From Anaerovoracaceae bacterium (GTDB taxonomy: Bacteria > Bacillota > Clostridia > Peptostreptococcales > Anaerovoracaceae), in assembly GCA_045545455.1 (NCBI GenBank), contig JAZQAY010000120.1:1195-65194 (forward strand): 64,000 nucleotides of DNA. Direction: 5' to 3'. The notes beneath the pieces are model-generated. The model ran no database searches and was not told the origin of the DNA. It worked only from the letters and a program-made list of their open reading frames with translations. The number at the start of each line of letters is the position of its first letter. Within the stretch, counting starts at the first letter, position 1. Below are positions 35,353-44,714 of the stretch, one piece after another. Both the position numbers and the translations under genes were made by a program.

Positions 35353-36024
35353 TTACTTCTTTTTTGATATCAGTTCGAGAGCCTTGGATACGGCGTCTCT
35401 GGCGGAATCCGAATAGCCGTCGGCTCCGATCTTCTCAGCCCAGCGCTGTGTCACAGGAGCTCCTCCCACCATGGTGATATAGTGCTCCCTGTCTCCGGTG
35501 TCTCTCAGATATTTCTCAAGTTTCTTCTGCTCCTGGATGGTGGTCGTAAGGAGTGCGCTGGTGCCTATGATATCAACGTTGAATTCCTTTGCAGCTGCAG
35601 CGATAGCCTCCACGGGAACCTCACACCCGAGATCTATCACCTCGAATCCTGCGCTCCTTAAGAATGCCGCCACGATACTCTTTCCGATGTCGTGTATATC
35701 TCCTGCCACTGTCGCCAGAAGTACCCTGCACTTATCTGAAGAGACCGCTCCTGCCTTCCCTGTCAGATCAAGCAGTCCGAAGGTCTCCTCTGTCACACTC
35801 TTCATTATCTCCGTGGCATAGATGAGTTCGGCTATGGATATCTTCTTTTTATCGAAGCTGTCCGCCACCGCTTCATTTCCTGCTCCGAATCCGTTCAGAA
35901 GAAGGTCCATCAGATCGGCTCCTTCATCCTTTGCTCTCTTCACGAGTTCAAGGGCCAGATCCTCGTCACCCTCTATTATGGAATTCTTTGCTTCTGAATA
36001 TAGTTTTTCGAATCTGTCTTCCAT
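35353..36024 (-). CDS. corrinoid (B12-binding) protein, second copy
   Basis: 223 aa with GDIHDIGK (DxHxxG). Same architecture as 20036..20683. Confidence 0.85.
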   Translation of the reverse strand: MEDRFEKLYSEAKNSIIEGDEDLALELVKRAKDEGADLMDLLLNGFGAGNEAVADSFDKKKISIAELIYATEIMKSVTEETFGLLDLTGKAGAVSSDKCRVLLATVAGDIHDIGKSIVAAFLRSAGFEVIDLGCEVPVEAIAAAAKEFNVDIIGTSALLTTTIQEQKKLEKYLRDTGDREHYITMVGGAPVTQRWAEKIGADGYSDSARDAVSKALELISKKK

Positions 36025-36153
36025 AAGCTGCTCCGATAGTGATCCTGAATGCTTATGCTTATTTTAACATATGTTGCAATTTTTTGTATAAATTTTTTTA
36101 ATAATCATGGTATAATCAATCTAAAGTGTACTCGTATTGTTTAAGGTATCAAA

Positions 36154-37431
36154 ATGAGCAGATCTGATCTAAGAGGACAATTCATTTCAGAAGAGGTATA
36201 CGATCATCTCGATGCTTCTCTCAAGGCCTTCTCAAGCCTTACAGGGGTACCTGTGACCTTTTTCTCTAAAAAAGGAGAGATCATGGATGAGTACGCCCCG
36301 GAGAAGAAAGTCTGCCAGCTGTTCCGGGTCTATTCCCATAAGAACAGCAAGTGCAGGAGTCTTCTCTCGTTTGCGGGAGATTTCTCATCAGGTCTTGGTG
36401 AGCCTTACGTCTTTCTTTGCAGCGCCGGTCTGTCCAACATCGCCGTTCCTCTGGTCACAGAAGGAAACGCCAACGGTTTTTTCATTGCCGGTCCCTTTAT
36501 CCTGAAAAAACTCAGGAATACCAATCTCAGAAACTTTGTCAGGATGAACGGCATGGACGAAACCGAGACCGACATGATCCTGAGCTTCACTGAAGGTATG
36601 CCGGTGCTCTCTCCGGACGAAGTCTCACACCTCTCCCTTCTCTTCTATAACAGCATCATATCCGCTCTTGGGGTGCCCGGAGACTACAAGGGACCCAGGA
36701 AGCTTTATGAGGAACAGATACTGAACAGCGCCAGGATCAGGAAGTCAAAAAAAGAAAAGAAAGATATATCCTTCCCTTATGACCTTGAAAAACAGCTTTC
36801 TGAAGCCATGATCCGCGGAAACTCCGAAAAGTCTGAAGAACTCATGCTTCAGATCATGGATCACCTTTCCATCGTCTGTCTGGGAGATCTTGACGAGATA
36901 AAGACCATGGCCCTATGGGTCACCGCCACCATTATCAAGTCTCTTTCCGATGAGACCAGGATGCAGTTCGGTGAGTTCATGGACGTGGATCTGGACATCA
37001 TAAACAGGATAAACGATGCAGAGTCGCAGGAGGAACTGACCGGAACCTTCAGTTCCATACTTGAGCACCTGACCAAGAACATGGTATCCTCCGTATACTC
37101 AGGTTCATCGTCCCTTGTCGCTCAGGGGCTGAGAATGATCAACAGTTCATTTACCGGGAAGATCACACTGTCCGATGTTGCTTCCGGTCTTCACGTCAAT
37201 CCCACGTATTTTTCTTCACTCTTCAGTCAGGAAATGGGAAAGACCTTCAGCGACTACATCATGGAACTCAGGATCTCTAAAGCCGAAGACCTTCTAAAAA
37301 ACACAGGACTCAGCATACTGGATGCAGCAACAGCGTCTGGTTTCGAGGACCAGAGCTATTTCACCAAGGTCTTCAGGAAACATACGGGACTGACCCCCGG
37401 AAAGTACCGCAAACAGTTTTCTGAACAATAA
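36154..37431 (+). CDS. PocR-sensor / AraC-HTH transcriptional regulator
   Basis: 425 aa with an N-terminal PocR-like domain (LTGVPVTFFSKKGEIM...FLCSAGLSNIAVPL...GFFIAGPF). The C-terminal AraC HTH reads ASGFEDQSYFTKVFRKHTGLTPGKYR. Confidence 0.7.
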   Translation: MSRSDLRGQFISEEVYDHLDASLKAFSSLTGVPVTFFSKKGEIMDEYAPEKKVCQLFRVYSHKNSKCRSLLSFAGDFSSGLGEPYVFLCSAGLSNIAVPLVTEGNANGFFIAGPFILKKLRNTNLRNFVRMNGMDETETDMILSFTEGMPVLSPDEVSHLSLLFYNSIISALGVPGDYKGPRKLYEEQILNSARIRKSKKEKKDISFPYDLEKQLSEAMIRGNSEKSEELMLQIMDHLSIVCLGDLDEIKTMALWVTATIIKSLSDETRMQFGEFMDVDLDIINRINDAESQEELTGTFSSILEHLTKNMVSSVYSGSSSLVAQGLRMINSSFTGKITLSDVASGLHVNPTYFSSLFSQEMGKTFSDYIMELRISKAEDLLKNTGLSILDAATASGFEDQSYFTKVFRKHTGLTPGKYRKQFSEQ

Positions 37432-37443
37432 AACATATACAGC

Positions 37444-37474
37444 AAAAGGGAGCAGGCCGGCCTGCTCCCTTTTT
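37444..37474. terminator. bidirectional terminator
   Basis: AAAAGGGAGCAGGCC|GGCCTGCTCCCTTTTT. Confidence 0.6.
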
Positions 37475-37531
37475 AATTACGAAAGTTTAACTATTATGCA
37501 GTTTGGTTTATCAGATCTGATGTCCTTTCAG

Positions 37532-38995
37532 TCATGCTTCAAGTTCTTTTCTCATAGCTTCCTGTTCTGCAGCTCTTGCCTCAAGCATCTTCTCGTATTC
37601 CTCATCCGTCATCTTTTCCATGGTGAATCCGGTGAAACCGTAGATGATGGATACTATCGGATTGATGTAGTTAAGGACCGCATACTTGGCATATGCCTGT
37701 GTAGGCTGTCCGAGGAAGCCTGTCATCGTAGCACCGCATACGTTCCAGGGGATCAGCGGTGATGTGAGAGTAGCGGAGTCTTCCAGACATCTGGAGAGGT
37801 TCTTCGCCTTCAGTTTCCTGTCTTCGTAAGCCTGTCTGTACATTCTGCCGGGCAGGATGATAGCCAGGTACTGGTCTGCGGTAAGCAGATTCATGAAGAT
37901 GCAGGTGCAGATAGTAACGAGTACCAGAAGTCCTGTTGTCTTGGCAACCTTCAGGATACCTTCCACTATCTGTCCGAGCATTCCTGTTACTTCCAGAACT
38001 CCGGCGAATGACATGGAGCAGAGTACGATGGATACCGTCCACAGCATGCCATCGAATCCGCCGCCACCGACTACGTCGGCTACGGTGTAATCATCCGAAA
38101 GAGGGATGTCTGCAGAAATGGATTCATATCCATAGTGCATTATGCTGAAGAAATCGCCGAAGCTGATTCCCTGAACTACTCCCATGCAGAAAAGACCCAT
38201 GATAACGCTGGCAAAGAGCGCGGGAAGTGCGGGAACCTTGAGTATTACGGCGATCAGAAGGATAACTACGGGGAGCATCAGAAGCGGGCTCACTACGAAC
38301 TCGTTCTGGATTGCTGTCTGAAGGGTGTCCTTCATTTCCATCTGAACGTCACCGCTTGCAGCAGCTCCTCTTCCCAGAATGAAGAAGACTATGAGAGCGA
38401 TGATGTAGGAAGGTGTTACCGTATATACCATGTGGCGTACATGCTCGAATACGTTGGATCCTGCAACTCCGGGTGCCAGGTTGGTGGTATCGGACATGGG
38501 GGACATCTTGTCTCCGAAATATGATCCGGATACTACAGCTCCGGCTGTCATGGCGGGATCAACACCAAGTCCGATGGAGATACCGATCATAGCTACACCG
38601 ATGGTACCGGCTGTGGTATAGGATGAACCGATTACCAGGGATACGATGGAGCAGAGCAGACATGCAGTTACGAGGAAGATCGAAGGATTGAGGATATTCA
38701 GTCCATAGTAGATCATTGAAGGAATGATTCCGCCAGCCTTCCATGTGGATACCAGCATACCTACTGTAAGGAGGATCAGGTTAGCCTGCATGGAACGGTT
38801 GATACCCGCGATCATACCCTTTTCCATTACGTTCCACTTCCAGCCGTTCAGGGCGGCAACGATGCAAACCAATGCTGATGACAGGATCAAAGGCATATGG
38901 GCTTCACCGTATGACAGGAAGATGGAGTACATGATGATTCCCAGTGTGAATACTACGCAGATAAGGATCTGCCACATCGGAATTTTTTTACCCAT
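37532..38995 (-). CDS. NhaC-family transporter (second copy)
   Basis: 487 aa, multi-TM, paralogue of 33474..35006. It lies directly downstream of the non-Pyl MttB-family gene. Confidence 0.7.
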   Translation of the reverse strand: MGKKIPMWQILICVVFTLGIIMYSIFLSYGEAHMPLILSSALVCIVAALNGWKWNVMEKGMIAGINRSMQANLILLTVGMLVSTWKAGGIIPSMIYYGLNILNPSIFLVTACLLCSIVSLVIGSSYTTAGTIGVAMIGISIGLGVDPAMTAGAVVSGSYFGDKMSPMSDTTNLAPGVAGSNVFEHVRHMVYTVTPSYIIALIVFFILGRGAAASGDVQMEMKDTLQTAIQNEFVVSPLLMLPVVILLIAVILKVPALPALFASVIMGLFCMGVVQGISFGDFFSIMHYGYESISADIPLSDDYTVADVVGGGGFDGMLWTVSIVLCSMSFAGVLEVTGMLGQIVEGILKVAKTTGLLVLVTICTCIFMNLLTADQYLAIILPGRMYRQAYEDRKLKAKNLSRCLEDSATLTSPLIPWNVCGATMTGFLGQPTQAYAKYAVLNYINPIVSIIYGFTGFTMEKMTDEEYEKMLEARAAEQEAMRKELEA

Positions 38996-39116
38996 AATTA
39001 GCTTAGTACGGGATTAGACCTGTACGTCTCCTTTCTGAAATAAAACGAATAATAACGAATAATAAAACCACACTTTCGTAATGTATTTATTAAGGAATTA
39101 CCTTTAATAAACTTAA

Positions 39117-40616
39117 TTAAGCTTCATCATATTTTCTGATGAGGTCCCGGGCGACATCTTCGGAAAGCCCTGCATCACCGCACACTTCTATGAAGGCCTT
39201 ATCCAGCGCTGCTCTCTGCTCTTCCGTGATTGGGCAGACAGCCTTGTCCCTGAGGCTGTTCACGTAGTCTCTGGCCCTGTCCATAATGTCGGGGGAACCT
39301 TCCTTTTCCCAGATGGCTCTCTCCTCATAATTGAAGGTGATGTTCGAGTAGTTCTGTTCCTTCCTGTAATTCTTAAGGGTATGTTTCTTTCCCATGAAGT
39401 TTCCTGCGGGACCCACCTCTATAAGGAGATCTCCTGCCAGAGCCTCATCATCGAATCTCATTCCCTTCTCCAGGAATTTCAGCGTTCCTATGAAGTCGTT
39501 ATCTATAACAAGCTTCTCTATGCTCATCTCTGCGATGACGTTCAGCCCGCCTGCTCCGGATACGTTGTCGAATCCCGCTTCCAGAGCCATCAGCCCGGAT
39601 CTGGCTGTCTCTGAACCCGCCTGGTAATCCACGATCTTTCCGTCGGACATGGCAGCATAGGTGTGGATCGGAAGTCCGTAGTACTTACCCATCTGGGCAT
39701 AGCCCGCTGTAATCATGCTGCACTCCATGGACTCCATGGGAGTATACATGGTATGCATATTGAATATACAGGGAGCTCCGCCGTACACAGTAGGGAATCC
39801 CGGCTTCATGACCTGGATGAGCACCAGACCTGAAAGCATTTCCACGGTATGTTCGAGAAGCGCTCCTGCCAGGGTTACAGGGCCTGTAGCACCTGCTATT
39901 TGTGCGGATATCATCTCGATAGGTATATCGTACTTCACGCAGTCAACCATGTTCCTGGCTCCGATACCGGACCATTTGAAGGGCGACGTGATACAGATGT
40001 CAAAGATAGTATATGGTTTGGTTCTTACAGCCTCCTCAGAACCCAGTACGGCTTTAAGAAGCTTGAATGTCCTGGGTACGCCTTCAACGTCGGTGGATCC
40101 TCCTATGATGGGCTTTATGGAGTTCTGCATCTCGGTGTAGTAGAGATACTGGGAACCCAGTTCTCCCGGGGCCTCCTCACACACTACAGATGATGATACG
40201 AAATCTATATGCGGAAGGCTCTGAGCCACCTTGGTGAGAAGTTTCAGATCTCTGACAGCGGAAAGCCTGACTGTCTTTCCGTCCGACTCCAGGATGTTCG
40301 ACGAACTGGAACCCGGGTTGAATCTGGTCTTTCCATCCCCAAAGGTGCAGTAGTGATCGCCGTTTCTGTCATACAGTTCAAATGTCTCCGGTGCGGACTC
40401 GATGCATTTATTTACAAGTTCAGGAGGAAAGTATACTTTTTTAGTTTCTTCATCGACCCTGCAGCCTGCATTCCTAAGTATGTCCCTGGCTTCAGGATAA
40501 TCGAAGATTATGCCCATGTTTTCTAGAACTCTCAGCGCTTCCTGATGGACCTTCTTCACCTGATCCTCAGTCAGCACCTTTATTCCCGGGCTGTTGTCAA
40601 AGACAAATTTGCTCAT
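39117..40616 (-). CDS. MttB-superfamily methyltransferase without pyrrolysine (quaternary-amine type)
   Basis: 499 aa uninterrupted ORF. It is collinear with the mttB product (VHQEALRVLENMG.., GATGPVTLAGAL..). By my by-eye alignment the Pyl position reads ..HTYAA-M-SDGK.. Confidence 0.8.
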   Translation of the reverse strand: MSKFVFDNSPGIKVLTEDQVKKVHQEALRVLENMGIIFDYPEARDILRNAGCRVDEETKKVYFPPELVNKCIESAPETFELYDRNGDHYCTFGDGKTRFNPGSSSSNILESDGKTVRLSAVRDLKLLTKVAQSLPHIDFVSSSVVCEEAPGELGSQYLYYTEMQNSIKPIIGGSTDVEGVPRTFKLLKAVLGSEEAVRTKPYTIFDICITSPFKWSGIGARNMVDCVKYDIPIEMISAQIAGATGPVTLAGALLEHTVEMLSGLVLIQVMKPGFPTVYGGAPCIFNMHTMYTPMESMECSMITAGYAQMGKYYGLPIHTYAAMSDGKIVDYQAGSETARSGLMALEAGFDNVSGAGGLNVIAEMSIEKLVIDNDFIGTLKFLEKGMRFDDEALAGDLLIEVGPAGNFMGKKHTLKNYRKEQNYSNITFNYEERAIWEKEGSPDIMDRARDYVNSLRDKAVCPITEEQRAALDKAFIEVCGDAGLSEDVARDLIRKYDEA

Positions 40617-40725
40617 AATAATACCTCCGTTTTCTGATTTAATAATATAATGAAACGGTCAGTTACTTCTTTGTCTAATTTTGGCTTTTATATAACTATC
40701 TTTAGCCATCCCTAAAAATCGCAAT

Positions 40726-40758
40726 AAAAAGCCGTATGAACCAAATGAGTCATACGGC
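40726..40758 (-). terminator. terminator after the C_GCAxxG_C_C gene
   Basis: GCCGTATGA-(10 nt)-TCATACGGC followed by TTTTT on the minus strand. Confidence 0.55.
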
Positions 40759-40780
40759 ATGATCTTAAATTGTCATTTAA

Positions 40781-41317
40781 CTATTTTTTGATCGGTTTAA
40801 GTGTCCCGTCAACGATCATTCTTGCAACTATCTCAGTGCAGAATGAGACCGCCGTAGCGCAGTGGTGAGTACCGAAGTGCTCCATGTATCCCTGGTCTCC
40901 CTCAGGAGTCTTCCAGTCATAAGCTTCACCCATGTTGTGAGCAAGCACGTCTCTGCAGAGGATGCTGCCATATTCCTTCTTGAAAGTCTCTACCACGTCT
41001 CTGACCATTGCATGGCATTCCTCGTAGTTTCCTCCGAGATCGCTTATGGGTCTTCCCTTTGACATGGAGATGGTCCATGCAGCTCCGAGAAGAGCTCCGC
41101 AGGTACCGTCGAGGCAGCAGCCGCAGCCGCCGGCAAGTCCGAAGCAGCCCCTCAGCATATCCTCGGTGATCCCGAAATCAGGGAAAGCTCTGTAGATGCC
41201 GTGAAGTGTGCTCTGGATACAGTTTCCGTAAAGGGTCTCAGTGGAGTATCCTACGTTTTTAGCCTTAACAACCAAAGCTTCCTTAGCTTCAGGTGTGAGT
41301 TTGGAATAATCAGTCAT
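40781..41317 (-). CDS. C_GCAxxG_C_C family protein
   Basis: 178 aa with the signature GGCGCCLDGTCGALLGA. The stop codon is TAG. Confidence 0.7.
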   Translation of the reverse strand: MTDYSKLTPEAKEALVVKAKNVGYSTETLYGNCIQSTLHGIYRAFPDFGITEDMLRGCFGLAGGCGCCLDGTCGALLGAAWTISMSKGRPISDLGGNYEECHAMVRDVVETFKKEYGSILCRDVLAHNMGEAYDWKTPEGDQGYMEHFGTHHCATAVSFCTEIVARMIVDGTLKPIKK

Positions 41318-41338
41318 TTTTTCTCTCCTTATATCCTT

Positions 41339-43039
41339 TTACTTGAAGTTGTATTTATCCACTATGGGCTCTCTTCCCATGGTCTTGTCGTTGAAATATT
41401 CGTAAAGGCTGATGCCCAGGAACGATCCCTGGATGTTCACTACGTTGTCGAAGCCTCTGCCCTTCAGTGCGCAGCAGCAGTAGTAGGATCTCTGCGAAGA
41501 TCTGCAGTGGAGGTATACCGGCTTGTCGGTGGGTATCTCATCCAGTCTCTGGCGGATCTCGCTCTGAGGGATGTTATGCGCTCCCCTGATGTGTCCTGCG
41601 GCAAACTCACCCGGTTCTCTCACGTCGATGATATATGCTCCGGACTCCACCAGCTCTCTTACGTCCTTAAGGTGTACCTGCCTGATATCACCGTTAAGTA
41701 CGTTAAGTCCCACGAGTGCTGCAAAGTTTACGACGTCCTTGGCTGTGGAGAACAGAGGTGCATAGCAGAGCTCCAGCTCCTTCAGGTCTTCAAGGGTAGC
41801 TCCCATGGTGATCATGGCGGCTATTACGTCGACTCTCTTGTCAGCTTCACCCTTACCTATGGCCTGGGCCCCAAGGATCCTTCCTGTGGGTTTCTCAAAT
41901 ATGAGTTTGAATGCCATATAGTGAGCGTTAGGCATGATGCCTACCTTGTCGTTCGGGAAGATAATTACGTAATCGTAATCCATGCCTTCCTTCTCACAGG
42001 TCTTCTCATTGAGTCCCGTGGCAGCAGCGTTCAGTCCGAACACCCTGATGCAGGATGAACCGATGAACCCCTTCATGTGGTTCTCTCTTCCGTACATGTG
42101 GTCTGCAGCGGCCCTTGCCTGTCTCTGGGCAGGTCCTGCCATAGCCAGCCTTCCGGGTTTGCCCGTGAAGAAATTCGGCTGCTCAATAGCGTCTCCAACG
42201 GCGTAGATATCGGGATCCGAAGTCTGCATATTGTGATTTACCTTGATACCGCCTGTAACACCGATCTCAAGTCCTGCAGCCTTGGCCAGGTCTGTCTCCG
42301 GCTTGACACCGATAGCGACCACGACGTTGTCTGCTTCGATCTCGAAGGTCTCTCCGTCCTTCTCAACCACTATGCTGCCCGCTTTGATCTCCTTCAGCAT
42401 CGTGCTGAGATAGAGCTTGACTCCGTTATCGTCCATCTCCTTATGGAGCATCTGGACCATATCGTAGTCATAAGGCTGAAGGATCTGATCCAGTCCTTCC
42501 ACAAGGGTCACTTCCTGACCTGCTTTAGCAAGGTTCTCAGCTACTTCTATACCTACGAAGCCTCCGCCGATAACGGCAGTTTTCTTTCCGGCGTTAAGCA
42601 TGATGGCGTTCTTGATGTTCACAACGTCATTGACCGTCCTTACGGAGAATACGTTGTCTCCGTCTATGCCTTTGATCGATGCCGGCATGATAGGACTTGC
42701 TCCGGGACTCAGCACCAGCTTGTCGTAGCTTTCTTCATACTCCGTTCCCTGAGCCAGATCCTTTACTTTGATTTTTTTGTTCTCGCGGTCGATGGCGACA
42801 ACTTCGTTCTTTACCCTTACTTCGATGTCATGACTCTTCTTGAAGCTGCCGGGGGTCATCATGATGAGGGACCTGTCATCGACCACGGTGCCTCCAAGAT
42901 AATACGGTAAGGAACAGTTGGAATAGGAGACGTAATCTCCTCTGTCAAATACTATAACTTCGGCGGAAGGATCGAGTCTTCTTACACGGGCAGCTGCTGA
43001 TGCGCCGCCGGCTACTCCGCCTACAACTAATAATCTCAT
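41339..43039 (-). CDS. CoA-disulfide reductase-type FAD oxidoreductase with C-terminal rhodanese domain
   Basis: 566 aa with VVGGVAGGASAA, the single redox Cys in SYSNCSLPYY, and the rhodanese loop HCRSSQRS. Confidence 0.8.
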   Translation of the reverse strand: MRLLVVGGVAGGASAAARVRRLDPSAEVIVFDRGDYVSYSNCSLPYYLGGTVVDDRSLIMMTPGSFKKSHDIEVRVKNEVVAIDRENKKIKVKDLAQGTEYEESYDKLVLSPGASPIMPASIKGIDGDNVFSVRTVNDVVNIKNAIMLNAGKKTAVIGGGFVGIEVAENLAKAGQEVTLVEGLDQILQPYDYDMVQMLHKEMDDNGVKLYLSTMLKEIKAGSIVVEKDGETFEIEADNVVVAIGVKPETDLAKAAGLEIGVTGGIKVNHNMQTSDPDIYAVGDAIEQPNFFTGKPGRLAMAGPAQRQARAAADHMYGRENHMKGFIGSSCIRVFGLNAAATGLNEKTCEKEGMDYDYVIIFPNDKVGIMPNAHYMAFKLIFEKPTGRILGAQAIGKGEADKRVDVIAAMITMGATLEDLKELELCYAPLFSTAKDVVNFAALVGLNVLNGDIRQVHLKDVRELVESGAYIIDVREPGEFAAGHIRGAHNIPQSEIRQRLDEIPTDKPVYLHCRSSQRSYYCCCALKGRGFDNVVNIQGSFLGISLYEYFNDKTMGREPIVDKYNFK

Positions 43040-43140
43040 GGCTATCCTCCTTAGGATCTTCTCATACTTAGTTTTATTTTAACAAAATAATCATAATTAT
43101 TCAACTCTACCGAAATGCCAAAAAATCTCATTTTCTTGCT

Positions 43141-43172
43141 AAAAGACCCCCTCCGGCATATCCCGGAGGGGG
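43141..43172 (-). terminator. terminator after the YitT-family gene
   Basis: CCCCCTCCGG-(6 nt)-CCGGAGGGGG followed by TCTTTT on the minus strand. Confidence 0.6.
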
Positions 43173-43192
43173 TTCTCAGTAAAATGTATCGA

Positions 43193-44161
43193 TTATTCTT
43201 CCTTTCGATCAGCAGATATGGCTTCTTCGATCATCTTCTTTTCCTGCAGGGTCTCAGTAAGGTTTGTATCTTCGAAACCCTCGCCTATTATCTCGTTGGC
43301 AGATACCAGGACGATAAAAGCCGTGGGATCCAGCTGCTGGACTATGGACTTGAGCACGTGGGTCTCGCTGGGCTTGACGACAGCCATCAGGATGTCCTTT
43401 TCACTGTTGGAATACTTACCCACTCCCTTGAATTCCGTAACGCCTCGTCCCATGCTGAACATGATGGCATCCGCTATCTCCTGCTGATTCTTATCGCAGA
43501 ATATGAGAAACATCTGAGCGCGGTTGAATCCTTTATTCATGAGATCGGTCACCACTGAACATACTCCGATGGCGAGGATCGCGTAGATCGCAGCTCCTAT
43601 GTCCTTGAAAGCTATGGCTGCCACGATAACTATAGTACCATCGATCATCATCTGGAGAGTCCCGATGGAAAGCGTCCTGAATCTGGTTATCAGAACCTTG
43701 CCCAGGAGGTCCGTGCCGCCCGAAGACATGTGAGCTTTTATTGCCATTGATGCTCCAAGTCCGTAGAATATCCCGCCGCAGACCACAGCCACAAGCTTAT
43801 CGTCCGTTATGGTGGGAAGGAAGGACAGCAGGTCAACTATGATGGAATAAACCGCCGTCGTAGCCATGGCCATCAGCGTATAGGACGCCCCTTTCACCTT
43901 CCAGGCTGCGATGACCACAGGTATGGACATGATGAACACGGCCGCGCCGATAGGGATCGGCACGAAGGAGTTTATTACCGTTGCTATCCCGGCGAATCCT
44001 CCTGCGGCAATCTTATTTCCCACGTAGAACAGGTTGAGAGCCATGGCATAAAAAACGTCTGCTATGAGAAGATACAATATCTGCTCCTTGGTTATACCTG
44101 CTCTTTCCAGAATTCTTTTCTTTTCGGTCGGCTCCTTTGAAGTCATAATATCTCCATTCAT
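43193..44161 (-). CDS. YitT-family membrane protein (DUF2179 C-terminal domain)
   Basis: 322 aa with the ...NKIAAGGFAGIA... YitT motif. An alternative start at 44146 has a better SD. Confidence 0.7.
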   Translation of the reverse strand: MNGDIMTSKEPTEKKRILERAGITKEQILYLLIADVFYAMALNLFYVGNKIAAGGFAGIATVINSFVPIPIGAAVFIMSIPVVIAAWKVKGASYTLMAMATTAVYSIIVDLLSFLPTITDDKLVAVVCGGIFYGLGASMAIKAHMSSGGTDLLGKVLITRFRTLSIGTLQMMIDGTIVIVAAIAFKDIGAAIYAILAIGVCSVVTDLMNKGFNRAQMFLIFCDKNQQEIADAIMFSMGRGVTEFKGVGKYSNSEKDILMAVVKPSETHVLKSIVQQLDPTAFIVLVSANEIIGEGFEDTNLTETLQEKKMIEEAISADRKEE

Positions 44162-44162
44162 G

Positions 44163-44699
44163 TCAGTTCTCTACCAGCTGCACTCCATCGGTGCCATCGA
44201 CGGATGCGATCCTGACATTGACACGCTCTTCGTGCGAAGTCGGTACGTTCTTACCGACGTAGTCAGCTCTGATGGGTATCTCCCTGTGTCCCCTGTCCAC
44301 AAGGACCGCAAGCTGGATAGTCCTGGCCCGGCCAAGGGACGAGCAGGCATCCAGAGCCGCTCTGGTGGTGCGTCCGGTGTATACGACGTCATCCACAAGG
44401 ATGACCTTTTTCCCTTCTATATCCACTCCGGGGTCCTGTGCCACCTCCATGGGATCCACCTTCCTACGGTCATCAAAGGCCCTTACGTCCAGTTTTCCCA
44501 CAGGTACTGCTGCACCCTCGATATCCAGGATATTCTTCGCGATCTCTTCGGCCAAAGGCACTCCGCGGCTTACTATTCCGAGAAGCACCAGATCATCCGC
44601 ACCGGAATTTCTCTCCAGTATCTCGTGGGACATGCGCTTGATGGCACGCCTCATCTGATCACCGTTCATGATCTCAGCTTTTATTTTCATTTTGGTCAC
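44163..44699 (-). CDS. pyrR: bifunctional pyr operon regulator / uracil phosphoribosyltransferase PyrR
   Basis: 178 aa with the PRPP motif VILVDDVVYTGRTTRAAL. Confidence 0.9.
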   Translation of the reverse strand: MTKMKIKAEIMNGDQMRRAIKRMSHEILERNSGADDLVLLGIVSRGVPLAEEIAKNILDIEGAAVPVGKLDVRAFDDRRKVDPMEVAQDPGVDIEGKKVILVDDVVYTGRTTRAALDACSSLGRARTIQLAVLVDRGHREIPIRADYVGKNVPTSHEERVNVRIASVDGTDGVQLVEN

Positions 44700-44714
44700 C
44701 TCTTTAAAAGGGGA

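Noticed and set aside
39044-39063. The tandem AACGAATAAT x2 between the MttB-family and NhaC genes. Also the TTATCT-rich tract at 46350-46395, considered as a CRISPR or satellite.
   Set aside because: Each has only two short copies or simple AT-rich low complexity. There is no repeat-spacer architecture anywhere in the window.
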